Source: Dictyostelium discoideum
Lineage: Eukaryota
Direction of reading: 5' to 3'
NCBI GenBank assembly: GCA_000004695.1
Contig: CM000155.2
Span: 576,001 to 640,000, forward strand
DNA: 64,000 nucleotides
Part shown: one piece after another, positions 10,813-23,997 of the stretch
Position numbering within the stretch: the stretch's first letter is position 1
How the letters are laid out: the number at the start of each line of letters is the position of its first letter
Made by a program: the position numbers and the translations under genes
The notes under the pieces: generated by a model
The model's input: only the letters and a program-made list of their open reading frames with translations
What the model was told of the DNA's origin: nothing
Databases searched by the model: none

Positions 10813-10872
10813 ACATTTTAAAATTAAAATTCATAAATAAAACTATTGATTATTGTTCATTTCCTTTAATGG
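10813..10872 (+). repeat. copy A of a dispersed ~55-60 bp repeat ending in TTCCTTTAATGG
   Basis: ACATTTTAAAATT..CATAAATAAA(A)CTATTRATTATTGTTNATTTCCTTTAATGG recurs at 11117..11170. Inverted partial copies GTTTATCCATTAAG(GAA) lie at 10893..10906 and 23137..23154. Confidence 0.5.
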
Positions 10873-11116
10873 AATAACACTAATTAATCTATGTTTATCC
10901 ATTAAGAAAAAAAAAAAAGCGATATGACATCTTCTTTTTTAAAAAATCGAAATCTGTATTAGATATAAATTAAATAATATCTTTATTTAAATCTAAACAA
11001 AAATAATAATTGTATTAAAGAACAAAAAAAAATAATAATAACAATAATAATAATAATAACACTATATTTTAAAATTAAAATTCTTTATTTGAAAATTAAA
11101 AAAGAATAATTGCTTG

Positions 11117-11170
11117 ACATTTTAAAATTCCATAAATAAACTATTAATTATTGTTTATTTCCTTTAATGG
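11117..11170 (+). repeat. copy B of the same dispersed repeat
   Basis: See copy A, about 300 bp upstream. Confidence 0.5.
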
Positions 11171-11916
11171 GTAAAAGTTACTAGTTAATATTCTAAGAAA
11201 TTATTTGGACCAAATATACCAAGTTGATAGTTGATTTGGTGTTATGAAAGTGAAACAATTGATAGCAATTTCTAAATTATCCAATAAGTAGAAACCATTG
11301 GCATGCCAGTTTGTTTGGTCTTTGAACCAATTGGGATTGGTAACCAAATTTGAAAGTGATATCTGGTTCATCTACATCTTCTGGTGCTATTGTTATTAAT
11401 AATATCTAAGAATATATAAATCTACCAATTGCAATCTTGGGTGTAACAAAACCAAAGTCTTGATAGATATTGTGATCAATAGTTTGTTTGCTTTAAGATT
11501 TCAAGTTGAATAAACCAATCAATACACCACCATGGTGGTGTATAATTACCAATTAATTAAATGTTGTTGGAGTTAAGGAAAGTTGGATAAAATTCTTTTG
11601 GTAAAGTGAGTGAAAAAACAATAATTGCGCGCCTTGGGTAAAGATAGGTAGGTAGTGAACACCAGTAACCAGAATTGAACTAATTTAAATCAGTTGTTAT
11701 AACGATACAATAATCACATGTTAATAAATTATCAAATTTGTGATTACTTGATTCATTGTTGGTTGTTGTTGTTGGAGTTACAACAAATTAATATTGATCT
11801 GGTTGTGTTTTGAATAAAAATAAAAATTAAAAAAAAAAAAAATTGAAAAAAAAAAAAAAAACTGGGGTGGGAAAAAAAAAAAAAAATAAAAAAAAAAAAA
11901 ATCATAATTTTTGCAT

Positions 11917-11951
<35 letters not shown>

Positions 11952-12030
11952 TTTGTTTATTTTTTATTAATTATTATTATTATTATTTTATATCATAAAG
12001 TTAAGTTTTTTTTTTTTTTTTATTATTAAA

Positions 12031-12339
12031 ATGGAAGTTTTAGTTAAAAAGAATATATGTAAAGATATCGAATTTATAGATCAAAATTATATTGCTCAAA
12101 GAATGGCGAAAATAGAGATAACTACAGATTGGACACAAGATCATTACTCTGTTTGGAGGAATCATCTATTAGATCAAAAATCAAATAAATTCATTCTAAG
12201 AGATAAAGGTGATAGAAGGGATGAATATTTACAAAAAAGGTATCAATTATTAGATTCAAAATATAAAAAACAAACTTTTTCCTCACCAAAAAAACATACA
12301 AACACCACCACCACTACCACTACCACTACTACTACTACC

Positions 12340-12384
<45 letters not shown>

Positions 12385-13494
12385 CAACAACAACAATCAC
12401 AACAAAAACCTAATCAAGTAATTACAAATAATAATAATAATAATAATTTAGAAGATTTTTCATTTAGTGGAATGCATCATATTTTTGATCAACATAAAAA
12501 ATCAATAACTAGAATTAAATTTGCAAAGAATAGTAAAGAGTTATTAGGATTTTCAAGTGAAGATGGTGGATTAAGTATTGTAAAGTTATTACCAAATGTT
12601 GAGATTATTTCTACGTTAAAGTGTGATTCATCGATAATCGATTTCGAATGGTGTAATAATAATCAAGAGATAGTGACTGCAACATCTAATGGTGTAATTA
12701 AATTATTTCAAAATAATGGTGTTGGTGGTGGTAACATCCAACTTTTGAAAACATTTGGTAAAGAGTTGTCAATAACATCAATAGTTTCAATATGTTTACA
12801 TCCAATCAAACCAAATCTACTATTCATATCAGAGGGTGATAATAAATGTATCATAAAGTTAATCGATATATCAAGTGGTAAAATTATTACTAAAATTAAA
12901 GTTCATTCAACTATTACAAGTATGCAATTCGAAGAGAAAGGTACTTATTTATTCTTGGCTGATCAAAATGGTATGATTTTAATATTTAAATATGATTTTA
13001 GTAGTGGTAGTGGTGGTGGTAGTGGTAATTTATCAATGGTATCAAAAACTCAAATTACAAATAATTCAATGCCAATCACTAGTATACAAGTACATTATTG
13101 GTATTCAAATGCACAGAAACCACCAGTATTATCGATACTTTCAAATTCAAAAGATTCAAAAATGAGAGTATTTATTGTGAAAAGTTTATCAACTGGTAGT
13201 TTTGTCCTATTTAGAGAGATTAATGTACCTTGTAAATCGTTATCAATAAAGAGTTGTTTCTCACCATTGGTAACAAAGAATAGACAAGGTGCTTTCTTGG
13301 TTACTGGCTCTGAAGATTCAATCATTTACATTTACGATATCAATAAAAAAGATAAACCTTGTATTAATCAATTAATGGGTCATGCTTCTGCTGTAATCGA
13401 TGTAGCTTGGAATCATGATGAATCTTTATTAGCAACCTGTGATACTTCAGGTATTGTAATAATTTGGAATAGATCAAATTTAAAAAAAAATTAA
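12031..13494 (+). CDS. WD40-repeat protein, WDR13-like
   Basis: 487-aa ORF. The N-terminal RNHLLDQKSNKFILRDKGDRRDEYLQKRYQLLDSKYK resembles the WDR13 N-terminus. A poly-Thr/Asn linker follows. WD-like repeats run to the C-terminus (LATCDTSGIVIIWN). Confidence 0.65.
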
Positions 13495-13984
13495 AAATTA
13501 ACTTTATTCATATATATATGTAATAAAAAAAAAAAAAAAAAAAAAAAAAAAATAAAAATTTTTAAACACGTATATTGTTTTTAAAAAAAAAAATAAATAA
13601 AAATAAAATAAAATAAAATAAAAATCTATTTTTATAGTAAATTAGTTATTTTTATAATAAAAAAAAAATAAAAACAAAAATAGATTTTTTAATTAATAGT
13701 TTTTTTTTAATTTTATTTTATTTTATTTTTTATTTTTTTTTTTTTTTATTTTTTCCAAAATGTCCTCGAAAATTTGGGACATGCAAATTTTGCCACACAG
13801 GCGTTTATTATTTTTATTAAAAAATAAAATAAAATTAAAAAAAAAATAATTTTATAAAAAAAAAAAAAAAAAAAAAATTTTTATTAATAATTTTTTTTTT
13901 AAATTTTTTTTCTTTTTTTTTTTTTTTTCACAAAAATACAAAAACAATTTTATTTTTTGTAATTTTAAAATATTTGTCAACCAT

Positions 13985-14045
13985 TCTATTGCTTACCACA
14001 CGCTTTCACACAAACACAAAAACACACACGTATAACAACAAACGA
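13985..14045 (+). promoter_or_regulatory. CA-rich island (ACCACACGC...CACACAAACACAAAAACACACACG) ~300 bp upstream of the PB1-UBA gene; candidate CA-rich/G-box-type promoter element
   Basis: The composition stands out against ~95% AT flanks. The resemblance to described Dictyostelium CA-rich elements is by composition only. Confidence 0.25.
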
Positions 14046-14100
14046 GTTTTTTCTTTTGTTTTTTTTATTTTATTTTATTTTATTTTAAAAGTTTTAAAAT

Positions 14101-14150
<50 letters not shown>

Positions 14151-14301
14151 ATAAATAATTTGTAAAAGCATTTATAGTTATTTATAAATAACCAATTTTT
14201 ACCCAAATAAAAAAATAAAATAAAAAAATAAAAAAAAATAAAAAACAATAATAATATTAATATTAATAAAAAAATAAATAATAAAAAAAAAATATAAAAA
14301 T

Positions 14302-16187
<1,886 letters not shown>

Positions 16188-16383
16188 TTAAATATTAAAA
16201 AAAAAAAATAAATTAAAAAAAATTTAAAGAAATAAAATAAAAACTATCTATTTATTTATTCAAACTTTTTTTTAAAAATAACTTTAAATCATAAAAAAAA
16301 AAATTAATCTTTATTATATATCTATATCCAAAAAGTGGGTGTTCACCACTTGAAATAATTTTTATATTTTCCTGTAGATTTAT

Positions 16384-17071
16384 TTAATTACGTTTATTTT
16401 TTTTACCCTTTTTACTTTTCTTATTTGAGGATGTTGTTGTTGTTGAAGTTTCTTTTTCATCATCTTTTTGAGTTTGTTGTTTATTTGTTTCTTTTTCTTC
16501 ATTTTCTTCTTCTTCTTGCTTTTGATTATCATATTCTTCTATTTTTGGACCATTATTATTATTATTATTATTATTATTTTTATTTTTATCTTGTTGTTCA
16601 CTACCAGCTTTTAAAGATCCAGAAGCAAGGATTAAATCTCTAAATTCAGCACTCTTTTGATATTGTTCCATAACTTCAGTTGGTGGGAATTTTGAAACAT
16701 CACCAGTTTGACTATCAAATTCAAATCCAATATTTTGTAAATCTCTTCTAAAAGCATGACGCCATTCATCATCTGACATTGCACGTTTATTATTTGCTTG
16801 GGATGATGATGATGAGGTGGCATTAGTAGTTGATGATGATGAACCATTACCAGAGAAATTGGTTGTATTTGTAGTTGGTGGTTTTGGACCTCCCAATTTA
16901 TTTTTATCAACTTCTTGTGAAAATTCTCTCATAAATATTTGTGACCATGTTGATTTATCTTCTTTTTCCTAAATAATAATTCAAATAATAATTCAAATAA
17001 TAATTCAAATAATAATTCAAATAATAATAAATTTTATTTAATTAGCTTTTTTCCAAATTCCTATTTTAATA

Positions 17072-17105
<34 letters not shown>

Positions 17106-17819
17106 CATACAGTTCCTTTATTCCAAAATACTTTAAAAATGACAGGCCATTTTAAGAGTAATAATACTGTAAAACTACCAAATTCTACAAAACCACCTGA
17201 AAATTGATCCCAAATAATTTGTTTATATTTTGATGAATCACTAAATTATAAAATTTAAATAAAAAAAAAAAAAATATATTAATATTGAAATTTAAAAAAT
17301 GGTCACACCATAACTTGTGATTGTATTTGTAATCGTGATAATAATTGCGATATAGTAGTGGTGGTGGTGGTAATGGTAATGGTAATAGTAGTGGTAATGT
17401 GATGATATTATTGTTATTATTTATTGTTGTTGTTGTTGTTGTTTTTATTAAAATTATTACCTTTTCTTTAAAAGTGATAAAGTATCTTTTAATCTCCAAA
17501 AGAATAGGGTACAAGTAATGATGAGCATCATAAAATATAAAGTGTCTGTAAAAAGACAAAAGAAATTATGTTGAACTTTTTCTTTAAATGTTAAATATCG
17601 TTTTTCATCATTTTTATTTGTATTGTTGTTATCATTATCATTATTATTATTATTTTCTATCTTTTTTTTACTATCTATAAATAGGAAATAAACCCTCCAA
17701 GAGAATAAAACTGTTAAAATTTGAATTAAATAAAACCAAAATTCAATAATTTTAATAAAAGTTGATGGGGTTGATTTAGGTGGTTTGTTTTTTGATTTAG
17801 TTGTTGTTGAAGTATTCAT
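16384..17819 (-). CDS. predicted two-pass membrane protein with charged Lys-rich C-terminal tail, 3 exons: 17461..17819, 17111..17240, 16384..16968
   Basis: Exon 1 ends AAGAAAAG|GTAATAAT (phase 2). The acceptor TTTAG|TGATTCATC restores the frame (…SDSSKYKQIIWDQFSGGFVEFGSFTVLLLLKWPVIFKVFWNKGT). The donor GGAACT|GTATGT and acceptor TTTAG|GAAAAAGAAG join in frame to ORF 16384..16932. Two hydrophobic segments. No family assigned. Confidence 0.5.
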
Positions 17820-17826
17820 TTTTTTT

Positions 17827-17857
<31 letters not shown>

Positions 17858-18552
17858 GTATCTGTTCGTTTATTATTTTTTTATTTAATACACACAAACA
17901 CAATTATTTACTTATTTGTTCTTATTGCACAAAAATGCCAACATATGGAACTAAATTAAAAAAAAAAAAAAAAAAAAATTAAAATAAAATAAAAAATTTA
18001 AAAAAAAAATTAAAAAAAAAATTAAAATTAAATGGAAGTAACAGATATGGTTTTGTTGTCTTTTAATTTTTTTTTTTTTTTTTTTTATAATTTTTTTCAA
18101 AAAAAAAAAAACTCGACAGTGTTTTAAAGAAAATAAAACCTAAAATGGTAAAAAAGTTTATTTTAAAATAATGAACCCTTTTTTATTATTATTTTTTTTT
18201 TTATAATATAATAAAAAAATAACACACAAAAAAATTGATATATGATTATAAGATTGTAAATCTAAATCTAAAAAAAAAAAAAAAAAAAAAAAAAACATAA
18301 ACTACGATGATCTTTTTTATTTATTATTTTTTTTTTTTTCTTTATTTGTTTATTTTTAAAAAAATCGTATCCTTCCTGCCTTTTATGGACACACAATATT
18401 AAATATTTCTTTTAAAAAAAAAAAATAATTGAAATTGTTATAATAAAAAGACATTTGTAATTTATATTAGTATTTTTTTAATATTATTTTTAAATAATTT
18501 TTTTTTTTTTTTAACAAACCACTACAAAACAAAACAAAACAAAACAACACAT

Positions 18553-18594
<42 letters not shown>

Positions 18595-18806
18595 ACAAAC
18601 AGATAAAAGATCAAAACAATTAAAAGAATAAAATAAAATTTACTTTTAAAATAAAATAAAAAAAAATTAAATAAAGTTCAATTTTCTTTTAAAGGGAAAA
18701 AAAAAAAAAAAAAAAAAAAAAATTAAAATTAAGATTTAAATATATAAATAAAAAAAAAAAAAAGAAAAAATAAATCTCGAATAAAAAAAAAAAAAATAAA
18801 AATAAA

Positions 18807-19355
18807 ATGATAAAAATAAATTATTTTAATTTAAAATCTATTTGGATTTTTATAATTATTTTTATATTTATTAAATTGAATGAAAATATTAAAATAGTTA
18901 TATCATCAGCAATACAACAATTAGATTGTCATGATGTTTTTATAAGTCATTTTAGTAATAGCAATAGTAATAATAAATATTTACAAGTTACAGTGATAAA
19001 TCCACAAGGTGTTGTATCATTTAGTAGAGATGCTATATCATATATTACAAAAGGAAATTACATTACCAATGTTAAATTATTCCCAACAGTATTTTCAAAT
19101 GGTGAACAATGTGTTCATAGTCAATTACAACCATTTAGTTTCGATAAAAAAAAGATTAGTTTTGGTGATAGAAATGGTATTATCATTAGTCCAGATGGTA
19201 CTTTCACTTATAAACCCATTTGGAGTACTGTTGGTGAATTAAAATTTAATTATTCATGTGATAAAAATATTTATTATGGTTGGAGTAAAAGTCATTTCAT
19301 TTCATTCTCTTTTATAACTGACCATGAATTAGGTTCACCTTGTACAAATCCTTAA
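18807..19355 (+). CDS. secreted protein of unknown function (signal peptide, 182 aa)
   Basis: ORF with an N-terminal hydrophobic segment IWIFIIIFIFIKL. No recognizable domain. Confidence 0.4.
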   Translation: MIKINYFNLKSIWIFIIIFIFIKLNENIKIVISSAIQQLDCHDVFISHFSNSNSNNKYLQVTVINPQGVVSFSRDAISYITKGNYITNVKLFPTVFSNGEQCVHSQLQPFSFDKKKISFGDRNGIIISPDGTFTYKPIWSTVGELKFNYSCDKNIYYGWSKSHFISFSFITDHELGSPCTNP

Positions 19356-19364
19356 ATAATAAAT

Positions 19365-19396
<32 letters not shown>

Positions 19397-19861
19397 TGTA
19401 CTATTAAAAAAAAAAAAAAAAAATAAAATTTAGATCTGTAAATTTTTCTTTTATTTTTTATTTATTATTAGCTAAAATTAAACAATGAACAATAAATTTT
19501 TATTTTTTTATCTTTTTAATTATGTTTCAAACTAATTCAAAGGATAAATAATCAATGTAATGTAAATTAAAAAAAAAAAAAAAAAACCCTCTGCTTAATT
19601 TTTTTTTATTAAACACCCAAAAACAAAATTTGAAATATAATTGTAATGGTGGTATTTTTTTATTTACTTGTAACACACTTTTTCCTTTGTGTTTGTGTTT
19701 TTTTTTTTTTTTTTTTTTTAACTCTAACTACTTTGGCACACTACACACAGTATGAATACTGTTTTCACACAACATAATTTTAATAAGAGATAAAAAACTG
19801 TTTTTTTTTTATTAAAAATTATTATTAATATTATTATTAATTATATTTTTTATTTTTAATA

Positions 19862-19892
<31 letters not shown>

Positions 19893-19949
19893 CCTATAAA
19901 TAAAATTTTTTTAAATTGATTTAATAATAACTTAAAATAATAAAAAATA

Positions 19950-22900
19950 ATGGAAAATCAAAGAATTTATAATATTAATTTAGATTTACTAAAAGATAAT
20001 ACATTAAATGGGAAAAATAATTATTATCCATCAACTTATTTAATTGAAGAATTAATAAAGATATTTCAAAATACTGATTTAATAATACCAATCTTTGAAT
20101 TTAAACCACCATTTATAATAGATAATGAATTGGAAAAATTTTATTTGCAAACAGAAATCATTGAAATTAATTCAAAAGAATATGAAATAAAATTCAATTT
20201 TAAAGATAATAAAACAAACCAATGGAATCAATTTTCAAAAGGAAATTTCTTACTATCAACTAATAATAATTATAATTTTAATGAAAAAGAAGTAGATTAT
20301 ATTGAAAATTTGAAATCTAAAATTTGTAATTTTACAAAAGTTTCAAAAGATGAATTTATAAATTTTATAGATGAAAAAACTGGATTAAAATATAATGGAA
20401 TTTTTAATAACAATATTAAAGATTGTTTAATTGGTGATAATTGTTCTTTACTAGTTGTATCATTGGAAGGATGTCAAAACCAAAATTTATTTTTTAATAA
20501 ACCTTTATTTAATATATTTTTAAGTGGTATGTTAATATTGGTTGATAGAAAATGTAAATTGAATTTTAATAAAATTGAAGGACTTAAATATTATTCACCA
20601 AACAATCTACCAAAAGATAAGGATCAATTAATTTCAGAAATTTATATTTATTCAAAATTAATTTCATCAAAAACAATTTCCTCAAATTCATATTCAGCAT
20701 CTGTAAAAGTTTTATTACCAGATGGAACTTTATTATTTGATATTGATAGAGTTGAATATAAATCATTAACATCTATTAAACCAATATCAATTGAACCACC
20801 AAATGATCATATGTATTCAGTTTATCAACAACCATTGAATTCATTAATTAAATCACCATTAAAATTTAAATCAAAATATCAAAATAAAATCAATGATTTA
20901 AATCATTTTCTAAATTACCAAGATGGTTCAACATCAAATTACAATGATTTCATTACAATTCAAAATCAAATTATTTCAAATATTGTAAAAGAAGTAATAA
21001 AACCAATTTTAAATGAAAAAATATTATTTAGAATATTAGATTTTCAAGGAGAAATAAATTCAACAACAATTATTTTAGAAAAGATAAATTCATTATTTGG
21101 AAAATTTCCAAATTTCCAAATTGATATTGAATATACAATAAACAATAAAAATCCACCAAAAAACAGTATACCAATTAAATTTGATAAAATTTTTAAAGAA
21201 AATAATTTAAATAATATATGTATAGTTATAAAAGATTTTAATTTAGTTAAAGATCAATTTAAAAATGGAGAAAATAACATTGAATCATATTATGATTTTA
21301 TAATAATATCAAATTTAAATTTAAATGAAAATAATTTAAAATCATTACTATTACAAATAAATCAATTATTAACTCCAAATGGTCATTTATTATTAATGGA
21401 ATTTAAATCAAAAATTTCATTTAACAAAAATAATTTAGAAAAATTATTAATTGAATGTAATTATTGTAATGATTTTGTAATTTTTTTAGATGATTCAACA
21501 CCATTATTGTTAATTCATACACAAAAACAAAATATACAATTATTTAAAAATATTTCAATCTCTAATGATTCAGAACAAATATTAAATAATTTATTATTTG
21601 AAAATATAATAATATTTGGTAATAATAATAATATTGACTTTAAATTGATTTATAAAAATAATGAAAATTATAAATCAATTTATCAAATTTCAAAAATTAA
21701 TGAAATAAATGAAAAATTAATAACCGATAAATCAATAATTTATTTTATAAAAACAATTGATAAACTTTTAATTGAAAATTTTAATGAAATAACTTTTGAA
21801 TATATTCAAATTAATCAAATGATAATGAAATTAAATAGTAAATGTAAACATGTTTTATTAGCAAAAGATATAAAAGGTGAAAATTATTTATCATCATCAG
21901 TAATAGGTGTTTCAAGATACTTTGATCAAATTCCTCAATTAGAATTATTTACAATAGATTTTGACAATAATTCAATTGATTCAATTTATAATGTTATTAA
22001 CGAATTAATTAATTCTAAAATTAATTGGTGGCAAAAAGAATTTACAATTAAAAATAATGAAATTTATTTTGAAATATTTAAAAAGGAATCAAAATTTATA
22101 AATAATATATTTAAATCAAATTCATATGAAAAAAATCATAATGAAATGATTACAAAAAAAAATTATAAAATTGTAGAAAAATATTTAGGTAATTCAATTT
22201 TAATTACAGGTCAATCAGGTTTTGTTTTAGAGATTTATAAATGGATAATTAATTATTCTGAAAGTGTTAAAAATATTATTATACTTTCAAAATCAAAATT
22301 AAAATGGGAATTAGAATTATTAATTAAAAAAAATAAACATATTAATTTCATTTTTAAAAGTATTGACGTTGGTAATACAAATGCAATGGAAGAAACAATA
22401 AATATAATTTTAAAAGAAAATTCAAATATAATTAATATTGATTCAATATTTCATTTCGCCGTTGAATATTGTACAACACCAGATCCTTTAGAAATTACAA
22501 TTAAAAATTTGGAGATTTCAAATTGTGCTAAAACAATGGGTGCAATTAATTTACATAATCAATCAGTTAAAAGAAATTGGAAATTAATTAATTTCATAAT
22601 GGCATCATCGGTTGCATCTTTATTTGGTGTAAATAGTCAATGTAGTTATTCAAGTTCATGTTATGTAATAGATTCATTGTCAGCATATAGAAAATCAATT
22701 GGATTACCATCGATTTGTACAAATTATGGTGTTTTAGGTGAAGCAGGACTATGTTCAAGAGTTCAAATGATACAAGATTTTACATTAAAATTGGGTTATG
22801 AACCATTACCTGCCAATATGGTATTAGGTGCATTAGATTTACAAATTCAAAACCAAAATATAGTCCCACTAGATTTTATACTCTCTAAACTTAATTTTAA

Positions 22901-22979
22901 CTTATTTAAAAACAGTAATCAAAGATTACTTAAAAAATTTGATTTTTTATTTAATTCAGTAAATATAAAAAAAGAATAA
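19950..22979 (+). CDS. free-standing polyketide-synthase fragment protein (DH-like / degenerate C-MT / KR-like region only; no KS, AT, ER or ACP)
   Basis: 1009-aa uninterrupted ORF in AT-rich DNA. The C-terminal 300 aa carry KR-domain signatures of Dictyostelium type I PKSs (ILITGQSGFVLEIYKWI..., FIMASSVASLFGVNSQCSYSSSCYVIDSLSAYRKSIGLPSICTNYGVLGEAG). The middle resembles a decayed C-methyltransferase (ILDFQGEINSTT..., TPNGHLLLMEF). AT-rich intergenic DNA lies on both sides, so it is not truncated by the window. Confidence 0.6.
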   Translation: MENQRIYNINLDLLKDNTLNGKNNYYPSTYLIEELIKIFQNTDLIIPIFEFKPPFIIDNELEKFYLQTEIIEINSKEYEIKFNFKDNKTNQWNQFSKGNFLLSTNNNYNFNEKEVDYIENLKSKICNFTKVSKDEFINFIDEKTGLKYNGIFNNNIKDCLIGDNCSLLVVSLEGCQNQNLFFNKPLFNIFLSGMLILVDRKCKLNFNKIEGLKYYSPNNLPKDKDQLISEIYIYSKLISSKTISSNSYSASVKVLLPDGTLLFDIDRVEYKSLTSIKPISIEPPNDHMYSVYQQPLNSLIKSPLKFKSKYQNKINDLNHFLNYQDGSTSNYNDFITIQNQIISNIVKEVIKPILNEKILFRILDFQGEINSTTIILEKINSLFGKFPNFQIDIEYTINNKNPPKNSIPIKFDKIFKENNLNNICIVIKDFNLVKDQFKNGENNIESYYDFIIISNLNLNENNLKSLLLQINQLLTPNGHLLLMEFKSKISFNKNNLEKLLIECNYCNDFVIFLDDSTPLLLIHTQKQNIQLFKNISISNDSEQILNNLLFENIIIFGNNNNIDFKLIYKNNENYKSIYQISKINEINEKLITDKSIIYFIKTIDKLLIENFNEITFEYIQINQMIMKLNSKCKHVLLAKDIKGENYLSSSVIGVSRYFDQIPQLELFTIDFDNNSIDSIYNVINELINSKINWWQKEFTIKNNEIYFEIFKKESKFINNIFKSNSYEKNHNEMITKKNYKIVEKYLGNSILITGQSGFVLEIYKWIINYSESVKNIIILSKSKLKWELELLIKKNKHINFIFKSIDVGNTNAMEETINIILKENSNIINIDSIFHFAVEYCTTPDPLEITIKNLEISNCAKTMGAINLHNQSVKRNWKLINFIMASSVASLFGVNSQCSYSSSCYVIDSLSAYRKSIGLPSICTNYGVLGEAGLCSRVQMIQDFTLKLGYEPLPANMVLGALDLQIQNQNIVPLDFILSKLNFNLFKNSNQRLLKKFDFLFNSVNIKKE

Positions 22980-23997
22980 TATATTAAATTAAACATTTTT
23001 TTAGACAAATAAATATTTTTTTTTTTATTGTCTCCAAGATAGAATATTCTGTTTTGGAGACATCTACAGTTATGAAAATTGCATTCATGTTTGATTTTTT
23101 TTTTTTTTTTTTTAGATTTTTTTTTTTTTAATCAATGTTTATCCATTAAAGGAATAGACTGTAATTAATAGGTTTATTTGTGAATTTTAAGTTAAAAAAA
23201 AACAAATAATATTTTGGTTTAAAGAAAAAATTATAATTTAATTTTTTTTTTTTGAAATGTAGCTATTTGTTTGAGATTTAGATTAGTTAAATAAATAAAA
23301 CTAAAATATAGAATTTAATTGATTTGATGAATTAGTCGAAGGATATAAAATTATAAGATATGGTTGGTACTGATTCAGGAATGCAATATACCTTACAAGT
23401 TAATTTCTTCATACAATTCACTTTTTTTTTTTTTTTTTTTTTTTGATATAAATAAACTATTGTAGTATACAATTAGTATGTTATTTTTATTTATTTATTT
23501 TAGGTCGTTTAGTTTTTGTGAATTTAAAATGGTACGTTATTTTAGATTAGGTAATTAATAATTAATTGGTGGTGTAATTGTTGGAATTGATTCATTTGTG
23601 TTTATGCTCCATTCTTTTTTAAATTTTTTGATGGTTTCGGACCATTGGGTTTCTTTTTGTGAGGTTGTTTTTAATTGAGTATTGGTTAAAGTTTGATAAT
23701 GTTCTTGAATATTCCAATCTTATTAACTTGTGCCATTTTGATTTTAATATATCATAATCTAGTGTTGTGTTGTTTATTTGGTTGTCCCAATTGTCAATTG
23801 ATTGAGTTATATAGATGTCAAATAATGATTTGCATAACCATATCCATATTTGGTGAATAACTAATGAGATTATGTTCCAATATGCATGTGTTCTGACTAG
23901 ATCAAGATTTGTGTATATATAATTCCAGTTGAACCTGTATTTTTTATATTGTGCGTTTTCTGCAAAATGAAAATTAATATTGATAGTTGGATCTGGT

